Below are positions 6,432-12,474 of a stretch of 27,978 nucleotides of DNA, one piece after another. The position numbers and the translations under genes were made by a program. How positions within the stretch are numbered: the stretch's first letter is position 1; each line of letters starts with the position of its first letter. The notes below the pieces were generated by a model. The model did not search any database, was not told where the DNA came from, and saw only the letters and a list, made by a program, of their open reading frames with translations. The stretch is from a virus (lineage: Duplodnaviria; Caudoviricetes). Location of the stretch: positions 1 to 27,978 of the IMG/VR virus record IMGVR_UViG_3300005611_000160; one strand, written 5' to 3'.

Positions 6432-6817
6432 TCACTAACTACCGTGACCTGATCTTTTTCCTGAGGATGCGGCGGATCATGCTTGACCTGTCGCAGCCAG
6501 CCCTTGCTGACATTACTGGTATATCCGTATCTTCTCTGAGGAAATACGAGCAGGGTCAACACTCGTTGCATCTGCCTCGGCTTCTTGAATTGTGCGATGC
6601 CCTTGATTGTCAGCTTGCGATCATCCCCCTTGAGTTGCAGACTGAGGAGTTCAAGTCTATGGTCAAGAGTACGATTGAGGACGAGATCGACTTCAAACAA
6701 ATAGCAAAGAACAGGCGCAAGGCTGGTGGTGCAAGGGATCATTCGTTGATTCCTAAATTGTTTAAGGCTACCGGTCTTGGCCGAGGTACATGGCGACCCA
6801 ATGCAAAGAAGAAATAA
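6425..6817 (+). CDS. XRE-family HTH regulator
   Basis: LRMRR..LDLSQ.ALADITGIS.SSL.KYEQG...L.RL.ELCDAL; start uncertain (TTG 6425 chosen over 6329 to avoid a long overlap). Confidence 0.85.
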   Translation: MLVTNYRDLIFFLRMRRIMLDLSQPALADITGISVSSLRKYEQGQHSLHLPRLLELCDALDCQLAIIPLELQTEEFKSMVKSTIEDEIDFKQIAKNRRKAGGARDHSLIPKLFKATGLGRGTWRPNAKKK

Positions 6818-7139
6818 GTACGGTGCTAAGAAGACAGAGGTTGATGGCATCCTGTTCGATTCAAAGGCTGAGTCCAAAAGGTATCTGGTACTGAAAGCCC
6901 TTGTTGAAGAAGGTCACATCTGGGAGTTGGAACTCCAGCCTGAATACACATTCCCCATTGATGGACGGGAACTTAGGTATCCATCGAAGCGAGCCGTAAA
7001 GTATCGAGCCGACTTCCGATACCAGACACCAGACGGTGAGGTGGTAGAGGATGTAAAAGGATTCGATACCATTACTTCAAGGATCAAGCGCAGCCTAGTT
7101 GCGCACATTCACAACATCGAGGTAAAGATAATTCAATGA
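6801..7139 (+). CDS. DUF1064 family protein (putative PD-(D/E)xK nuclease / resolvase)
   Basis: NKYGAKKT.VDGI.FDSKAE..RY..L...LELQP.Y...Y.ADF.Y...VVEDVKG signature. Confidence 0.9.
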   Translation: MQRRNKYGAKKTEVDGILFDSKAESKRYLVLKALVEEGHIWELELQPEYTFPIDGRELRYPSKRAVKYRADFRYQTPDGEVVEDVKGFDTITSRIKRSLVAHIHNIEVKIIQ

Positions 7140-7498
7140 ACTATCCAGACTGGTTAGACCAAGAAGCATGGGCTGAGTACAAACAGCACCGTGTCGAGAT
7201 TAAGAAACCCTTAACTCCACTAGCTGAAAGCAAGATGATTAAAAAGCTAGGCCAGATCATTAGTGATGTTAACGCTAGTCAACAACAGGTGATTGACCAG
7301 TCTATTGAGTACGGTTGGATTGGTTTGTTCCCCCCAAAGGAGATGACTCATGCACATAAGCAAGGTACTAAACCAGCTTTCAATTCAACAACCGCAGCAT
7401 ACAAAGAACTCCAAGCCCTTGGATACACAACTGGATTCGAGGAGGAAGAAGATAGTCAACCACCTCTTCGCCAAAATGTCGTCAATCTTCGGGACTAA
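7136..7498 (+). CDS. Protein matching the C-terminal domain of phage replication initiators
   Basis: PDWL...W.EY..HR..IKKPLT...KL...VIDQSI..GW.GLF..K pattern; precedes a P-like gene. Confidence 0.7.
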   Translation: MNYPDWLDQEAWAEYKQHRVEIKKPLTPLAESKMIKKLGQIISDVNASQQQVIDQSIEYGWIGLFPPKEMTHAHKQGTKPAFNSTTAAYKELQALGYTTGFEEEEDSQPPLRQNVVNLRD

Positions 7499-7814
7499 AT
7501 GGGCAAGTAATTTCCCTACTCCTGAAGTAGAAATGATGGCGAAGCGTGAATGGTATGACGCGCTGGAAGGACTGACACCTGTGCAGTTACGCACCGCCGT
7601 TGATAAGGTTCGGCAAGAGTGTGAATGGCCGCCTTCGATTGCTGAGTTTTTGAAGTACACAAAGACCGAGCGGCGTGACCCATGTCATGTTCCTTTGTCT
7701 GCGTTGCCACCCCCAAAGTGTGACCCTGAGGTAGCACGCAAAGCCCTTGAGGTTCTGCGATCTGGTAAGCTGCCAAGCAAGGAAGAAGCCTTTAGATTAT
7801 TAGCCTCTACCTAA
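7350..7814 (+). CDS. Lambda P-like replication protein (helicase loader)
   Basis: VN.LF..M..IFG.KW...KREW..AL...WPPSIAEF motif; AAGGAG RBS 7 nt before ATG 7350. Confidence 0.75.
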   Translation: MHISKVLNQLSIQQPQHTKNSKPLDTQLDSRRKKIVNHLFAKMSSIFGTKWASNFPTPEVEMMAKREWYDALEGLTPVQLRTAVDKVRQECEWPPSIAEFLKYTKTERRDPCHVPLSALPPPKCDPEVARKALEVLRSGKLPSKEEAFRLLAST

Positions 7815-7981
7815 TCGCTTCTAGGTACTTGCGGCTGGCCTGATCCACCAGCGGGGCGCAACGGATCGCTCTCCTCTAGTTCGTTAATCAGACTAAGCAG
7901 CAAGGCGAGTGCCGCTTTGCTCGATTGAATCTGACTCTCCAACCAGTTCGCTATCGCTTTCAGTTCCTGAACCCTTTTCAT
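7811..7981 (-). CDS. Hypothetical protein, 56 aa (MKRVQELKAIANWLESQ...), absent from ORF track
   Basis: GGAGGT RBS 5 nt before ATG; amphipathic helix; overlaps the ArdC tail. Confidence 0.6.
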   Translation of the reverse strand: MKRVQELKAIANWLESQIQSSKAALALLLSLINELEESDPLRPAGGSGQPQVPRSD

Positions 7982-8810
7982 ACTTGACCTCCATTATATA
8001 GTCGGCTGCAATCTCAGCCAGTTTAGATGCACGGACAATTGCTGTGCTGTCACCCTTCAATACGCTGATCCAGCTAGCAATATATTCTGGATGTTGTAAC
8101 TCACCGTTAATGCCAAGTCTAGCGCAGAGAAATGCGGACCCCAACTCGGCTACCAATTCCTCGCGTGCATAATCTGGTGATCCAAAGAACCCATTGAAGG
8201 GACGGTCAAGGCGTGTCTTGTGGCCTGACCAATGGGTGATCTCATGCAGCAAGGTAGAGTAGTAGTTCTCTGCATCATCGAATCGGTTGCGGTCAGGCAT
8301 ACCAATGTAGTCTTCATGCACATTGAAGAATGCCCTGTCCCCTCCAATACGCAGGCCAATGCTATGCTTGTGGACTAGGCTCTCGGCCTCGACCAGTGGA
8401 TTCCATTCATGCTCTGGTCGCTTGGGCACAACGGCCTCGATGCCATCTATCTGTGCGATGTTGAACACGGTGTAGCCCCTTGCAAGCAGCGTCTTCTTAG
8501 GCTTGCCAGTATCGGGGTCGATCTTCTCCATTGGTTTCCAGAACACAACGGTCGTACCCTTCTCACCCTTGCGGACCTGACCACCACGCTCTTGTGCCTG
8601 CTTGTATGTACACCACAGGTTGTGTTCGTAGTTGTTAATCTGTCCGGCAGCCCAGAGTTGCAGCACATTGACACCATGATAGGACTTGCCAGTGTGCAGA
8701 TTCTTGGGCGTACCCTCACCCGGTATGGTGGCCCATGGTTTTACCCATGGTGCAGTGCCAGCTTCTAGTTGCTTGATGATGCTGTTAGTGATTTGCTTGT
8801 AGATACTCAT
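7893..8810 (-). CDS. ardC: ArdC-family antirestriction / ssDNA-binding protein with zincin-like domain
   Basis: IY.QIT..II.QLEAG.APW.KPW, Y.GVN.L.L, TYKQA...GGQVRKGEKG, VFNIAQ, YYSTLLHEITHWSGH..RL.R, YAREELVAELGSAFLC. Confidence 0.95.
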   Translation of the reverse strand: MSIYKQITNSIIKQLEAGTAPWVKPWATIPGEGTPKNLHTGKSYHGVNVLQLWAAGQINNYEHNLWCTYKQAQERGGQVRKGEKGTTVVFWKPMEKIDPDTGKPKKTLLARGYTVFNIAQIDGIEAVVPKRPEHEWNPLVEAESLVHKHSIGLRIGGDRAFFNVHEDYIGMPDRNRFDDAENYYSTLLHEITHWSGHKTRLDRPFNGFFGSPDYAREELVAELGSAFLCARLGINGELQHPEYIASWISVLKGDSTAIVRASKLAEIAADYIMEVKYEKGSGTESDSELVGESDSIEQSGTRLAA

Positions 8811-8835
8811 AGTCAACCCCTTTAATATCAGCTAC

Positions 8836-9045
8836 TTACATTGCGTCCGATGCCCGATAGCATCGCTTCATAATGTCCGCTACAAACTCCAATTCACTAC
8901 GCTTGAACACAACTCTTGTCGGTTTCTTTTGCTCATCGTCTTCGTAGAGTTCGAGCGATACATATCCCTCTCGACAGTCGGTAACAAGGAACAGCTTGCG
9001 CTCTCCATGTGTGACTGAGTGCGTTACGAATCTACCTCTACTCAT
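8836..9045 (-). CDS. Hypothetical protein, 69 aa (MSRGRFVTHS...)
   Basis: ATG overlaps the upstream gene end; part of a compact leftward operon. Confidence 0.6.
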   Translation of the reverse strand: MSRGRFVTHSVTHGERKLFLVTDCREGYVSLELYEDDEQKKPTRVVFKRSELEFVADIMKRCYRASDAM

Positions 9046-9262
9046 CTTCCATTTGCTCCAAGCATTCATACAATGCAATGTCTAATGATTCTTTAACTGA
9101 AGACCAGTCAATGTCTTCCATGTATTCACAACACGCATTCCATTCGGCAGTGTTAATGTTTTCGGCTTTGTCGAAAGAACTCTGATCCCAGAATGCCACC
9201 ACGATCTGGTCTTCTAGGTCATAGCAGTTGGTTAGGTGATTGATTAAGTCGTTGATTTTCAT
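9038..9262 (-). CDS. Small highly acidic protein
   Basis: 74 aa, 19 D/E versus 3 K and 0 R; ATGA coupling to the upstream gene. Confidence 0.75.
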   Translation of the reverse strand: MKINDLINHLTNCYDLEDQIVVAFWDQSSFDKAENINTAEWNACCEYMEDIDWSSVKESLDIALYECLEQMEDE

Positions 9263-9444
9263 TGGCTTGTTTCCTGAATAGCTTGGGCTATGCGCTCCAT
9301 TCGCCCCTTGATTTCACGGTACTCATCCACAATTCTGCCCGCCCTGCCCATGCTGACGGTGGATTGAAGCTGCTGTTTCAGTACGATTAGCCGCTCATCC
9401 ATGTCGGCATAGATCATTTCGAGTTCATCAATTACTGGATTCAT
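9259..9444 (-). CDS. Small coiled-coil protein, 61 aa (MNPVIDELEM...)
   Basis: AGGAGG RBS before ATG 9444; shorter than the ORF-track call 9259..9591. Confidence 0.7.
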   Translation of the reverse strand: MNPVIDELEMIYADMDERLIVLKQQLQSTVSMGRAGRIVDEYREIKGRMERIAQAIQETSQ

Positions 9445-9595
9445 GGTCGTCCTCCTGCTGGCGTTGGTGTTCATACTCGAACCGGTCTTGGTCATTGGGT
9501 CTGTCGTCTTCCATCTTGACTCCATGTATCTGTTTGTTAATGTCACTGAATATCTGTGCAAACACAGAATGAAGTTGTTTATATTCATCATCCAT
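9428..9595 (-). CDS. Small acidic protein, 55 aa (MDDEYKQLHSVFAQIF...), absent from ORF track
   Basis: AAGGAG RBS; TGATG coupling with the upstream gene. Confidence 0.6.
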   Translation of the reverse strand: MDDEYKQLHSVFAQIFSDINKQIHGVKMEDDRPNDQDRFEYEHQRQQEDDHESSN

Positions 9596-9807
9596 CAGTC
9601 ATCTCCTTCATAGCTTTTAGCCATCTCGTTCCAAAAGTACAGGCATTCAACTGCATCTTCATGCCCATTAAGTGCGCAGCTAATGCCGCCCGGATCATCT
9701 GGCCCATTGGGTTCATGAATACCATGCTCACATTCTGAGCAGGATTCCCATTCGTTTCGTGAACTAGGACGATCCATGTAATTCCAAACATCTGTCATGT
9801 CAGTCAT
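9595..9807 (-). CDS. Small acidic Cys-rich (putative Zn-binding) protein
   Basis: CSEC-x-H...C...C; GAGGGAG RBS. Confidence 0.7.
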   Translation of the reverse strand: MTDMTDVWNYMDRPSSRNEWESCSECEHGIHEPNGPDDPGGISCALNGHEDAVECLYFWNEMAKSYEGDD

Positions 9808-9834
9808 AGTCTGCTCCCTCTGTTAATGAGTGTT

Positions 9835-9863
9835 AGTATATGACAATCAATGCTTGTCAACAA
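9835..9863 (-). promoter_or_regulatory. Possible internal promoter overlapping palindrome CTTGT-CA-ACAAG
   Basis: Minus strand TTGTTG-17-TATACT; palindrome at 9853-9864. Confidence 0.4.
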
Positions 9864-10008
9864 GTGTGAATCTCCTGCGTTTTCTGCGCGGAGTCCAGCC
9901 CCTTGGTTTCGTGTACCTAAGCACCGACCAGACCAGCCCTACTAATGACAGGCCAGCGAGCCATGTTGCGAGCCACAGTGCTACCTCGAAAGTTTGTTCC
10001 GGTGTCAT
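9847..10008 (-). CDS. Small single-pass membrane protein, 53 aa, absent from ORF track
   Basis: MTPEQTFEVALWLATWLAGLSLVGLVWSVLRYTKPRGWTPRRKRRRF...; AGGAG RBS; TM helix followed by an Arg-rich tail. Confidence 0.65.
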   Translation of the reverse strand: MTPEQTFEVALWLATWLAGLSLVGLVWSVLRYTKPRGWTPRRKRRRFTLVDKH

Positions 10009-10058
10009 ACATACTCCTGGGTTGAAGGCAGTTTAGAGTCTTGCCTAGGACTGAGTGA

Positions 10059-10445
10059 TTAGCTGTACTTAGCTAGGATGCTGTCTGCTTCATGAGCCGC
10101 TGCGGTTTCTGTCTTGCGACTGACTGATTTAGGAACTGGGCGTTCGTATTTATCGCCAGTAAATTCCTCGAAGGCAGCTTTCAGGTCGTTGAACAGGTAA
10201 ACGAGAGTCGCCTCCTGTTCTTCTAGGGTGTGAATGAATTCCATCTTACGAGTCATTGCTGTGTCTTGGATCTCCGATCCATTGAAGTGACTGCGCAATT
10301 CCCGCAGTTCGGAAACCACATCAGCGATCTTGCTACCAGTGAATCTTTTCTGGTTATCCACAGACAATGCAAATCCGTAGAGGACACGGCCAGCAGTGTA
10401 TTCCGGCAAATCCTTCACGAGGTCGAGGTAGGTTTCAGTAGTCAT
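10059..10445 (-). CDS. Hypothetical helical protein, first gene of the leftward early operon
   Basis: 128 aa from ATG 10445 with AAGGAG RBS. Confidence 0.75.
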   Translation of the reverse strand: MTTETYLDLVKDLPEYTAGRVLYGFALSVDNQKRFTGSKIADVVSELRELRSHFNGSEIQDTAMTRKMEFIHTLEEQEATLVYLFNDLKAAFEEFTGDKYERPVPKSVSRKTETAAAHEADSILAKYS

Positions 10446-10832
10446 AGTCAACTCCTTGCTAGTAAATGCGAGGACATCCCCCGCAGGACAATAGGCGGCC
10501 ATCATCTATCCGGCTGTCAACGACAACACGGGAGCGAAGCGAATGGAGCGGGCAGTCGATTGATGGCCGGAGAGTGATAGGCTAGCCTCGTCCTGCTCTA
10601 GGGGGGATGCCCGCATTCCTGCAAGGATAGTTGACGCACATGAAACCACCCGACTGAGTAGGATTTCCGGCAATACCCGTGTCATATCGAGATTTGTTAG
10701 TGGATGCTTACAGTATAGATACCGTTATAGCTGATGATTTCCTTACTGCTATTGGGATATTGACAGTGAAATGGAACGATGCTCTAGTTAACTTAATCGT
10801 AGCTGGTAAGAAACACCCGGAACAGGGTTGAC
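10207..10832 (+). repeat. Long imperfect inverted repeat (arms about 10207-10524 and 10555-10832, 30-nt purine-rich loop)
   Basis: Colinear complementary blocks, e.g. CCTGTTC/GAACAGG, GGGTGT/ACACCC, TCCATT/AATGGA, CATCAGC/GCTGATG, ATCCAC/GTGGAT, GACACGG/CCGTGTC, AAATCCT/AGGATTT, GGTTTCA/TGAAACC, GTCAACT/AGTTGAC, CCTTGC/GCAAGG, CATCCCCC/GGGGGATG, GCAGGAC/GTCCTGC, TCCGGC/GCCGGA. Confidence 0.9.
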
Positions 10833-10857
10833 ACGAATTACTGGTATGACATACAGT
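10828..10857 (+). promoter_or_regulatory. Putative sigma70 promoter for terS
   Basis: TTGACA (10828-10833)-18-TACAGT (10852-10857); predicted start site falls at ATG 10864. Confidence 0.45.
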
Positions 10858-10863
10858 CTGTGC

Positions 10864-11259
10864 ATGGATGTCGATAACGATAAACAGATGGTCACTACCC
10901 AGTCCGGGCGAGTGCAGCCACTCACGGATCAGCAGGCCGAACTGGTAAGCCTGATGACTAGCACTTCATGGAGCAAAGCACAGATCGCCGAGCAGATGGG
11001 TGTAAGTCCTGACTGGATCTACCAAACAGTACGAAAACCACATATCAAAGAAGCGATCAGTGCCGCTATATCAGATGGATTGATAAGTGGTGCTGCAAGA
11101 GCCTTAGGACGCATCACTGAACTCGTCGATCACAAATCAGGGTATGTAGCTTTAGAGGCGAGCAAGGACCTACTAGATCGGGCTGGCTTTAAACCAGTGG
11201 ATCGCGCTCAGGTAGCGGTTGCTGGTGATGTCAAGATTCAGATCGACCTAGGGGGTTAA
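10864..11259 (+). CDS. terS: Probable terminase small subunit
   Basis: N-terminal HTH (SKAQIAEQMGVS), A..AL..I.EL...S.YV.LEASKDLLDRAGFKP.D...V.GD..I.IDL pattern; first gene of the late module upstream of TerL; start uncertain. Confidence 0.75.
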   Translation: MDVDNDKQMVTTQSGRVQPLTDQQAELVSLMTSTSWSKAQIAEQMGVSPDWIYQTVRKPHIKEAISAAISDGLISGAARALGRITELVDHKSGYVALEASKDLLDRAGFKPVDRAQVAVAGDVKIQIDLGG

Positions 11260-11366
11260 AAACCGCCATGTTGATTCCCGTGATGGTCCAACCAACTAGC
11301 AATTGTTAAAAAAGGCCATTAACACCCCACCCAGAAATTATTTTCCTACTGTAAAGGTTATTAACT

Positions 11367-11678
11367 ATGTTGGATGTAAGTGAAACAAAGAAGCGTTTAA
11401 GGGATTTTGTAAATCGTTTGTCTGCGGACTTTGGTGACTACAATCACCTGAGCCAGTTCAATCGGAAGATGGACGAGGCAGAGAAGGTATTGGAGTATAT
11501 TGAGGCTAAGATTATTTTGCGGAATGAGAAGGCGCATGAAGCGGTAACTCAGGTCAGCACCAAGAAGAAGGGAAAGACGGATGGAAATGATGCAGCCAGC
11601 AATGGAACCGATGCCGAGGCAGACTCCGGCGGAGATGCAGGAGATGCAGGCGCAGCCAGCGAGTCCAACTCCGGCTGA
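11367..11678 (+). CDS. Hypothetical helical protein
   Basis: 103 aa, AAGG RBS; low-complexity tail overlaps the next gene. Confidence 0.6.
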   Translation: MLDVSETKKRLRDFVNRLSADFGDYNHLSQFNRKMDEAEKVLEYIEAKIILRNEKAHEAVTQVSTKKKGKTDGNDAASNGTDAEADSGGDAGDAGAASESNSG

Positions 11679-12078
11679 TGATCTTGCTGAACTCTCCCGG
11701 TATGTTGAGTATGTGGAGAGTAGTGGAAATCCTAAGTCGGTAAGCCCTGTTGGGGCTGCTGGGTTAATGGGGATTATGCCTGCTACGGCTAGCCAGCCGG
11801 GGTTTGGTGTTGATCCAATCCGCCCTGCTGAACTGTTTGATCCCACCAAGAACCGTGCCTTTGGCGAGCAGTACCTTGGGGCCATGCTCAAGCGGTACAA
11901 GGGAAATGTCGAACACGCAATTGCGGCCTATAACTGGGGTGTCGGTAATACAGACAAGTGGATACGCCGGGGTGCAAGGCTTGCCGAACTTCCATCGGAC
12001 ACCCGGAATTACATCCGGGGCTGGCGCGGTGAAGGGAAGCACAAGATGCCGCAGGGCTGGAAGCGGTACGGCGAATAG
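11581..12078 (+). CDS. Lytic transglycosylase (SLT domain)
   Basis: Catalytic VES motif, S..GA.GLM.IMP.TA, DP..N...G..YL..ML.RY.GN...AIAAYNWG.GN. Confidence 0.92.
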   Translation: MEMMQPAMEPMPRQTPAEMQEMQAQPASPTPADDLAELSRYVEYVESSGNPKSVSPVGAAGLMGIMPATASQPGFGVDPIRPAELFDPTKNRAFGEQYLGAMLKRYKGNVEHAIAAYNWGVGNTDKWIRRGARLAELPSDTRNYIRGWRGEGKHKMPQGWKRYGE

Positions 12079-12085
12079 GTTACAC

Positions 12086-12265
12086 ATGGAACCCTGTAAA
12101 CATAAATTTACCCATCATAAGGCGGTAAAGAATGAAGCAGGGGTTATCTCACTCGCTAGATTTTGCAGCCATTGTGGAGAACGCATACGAGCGGTTAGCC
12201 ATAATGGAACTAGAGTGCCGCCTACCGCAGCGCGAGATCGAGCGCATGGTAAGGGAAATGTATGA
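12086..12265 (+). CDS. Possible Zn-ribbon protein, 59 aa
   Basis: CKH...CSHCG; TGA coupled to ATG 12262; overlaps 12132-12320 in another frame. Confidence 0.45.
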   Translation: MEPCKHKFTHHKAVKNEAGVISLARFCSHCGERIRAVSHNGTRVPPTAARDRAHGKGNV

Positions 12266-12320
12266 GCTTCCTGACGACTTTGAGTTTAGAAGACCTGAAC
12301 CGCCTGAGGCAGGTGGCTAA
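12132..12320 (+). CDS. Hypothetical protein with ER-x-AIME motif
   Basis: YERLAIMELECRLPQREIER resembles the ERAAIME...L.R.EAE motif of small phage proteins. Confidence 0.5.
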   Translation: MKQGLSHSLDFAAIVENAYERLAIMELECRLPQREIERMVREMYELPDDFEFRRPEPPEAGG

Positions 12321-12474
12321 AAAAGTTTTCTTGCAGTACAACCCTCCGGAATTCTATACGAACCGGGAAGCCGACAAAATTATTGAGGCCATGGGGCCGG
12401 AGATTATGGAACAGCGTATTAAACAGATGGTGGACGCTGGCCTAATGAAGGGCAAAATTCAGGTTAAAACCTGA
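12262..12474 (+). CDS. Conserved small protein preceding TerL
   Basis: 70 aa; AAGGGA RBS; TGATG coupling to terL. Confidence 0.75.
   Translation: MSFLTTLSLEDLNRLRQVAKKVFLQYNPPEFYTNREADKIIEAMGPEIMEQRIKQMVDAGLMKGKIQVKT

Noticed and set aside
9259-9791. ORF-track calls 9259..9591 and 9588..9791
   Set aside because: RBS positions and stop/start coupling favour 9259-9444, 9428-9595 and 9595-9807
10640-10657. Mini-ORF MKPPD with AAGGA upstream in the right arm of the foldback
   Set aside because: Explained as the degenerate inverted copy of the 10445 gene start; no independent evidence of translation
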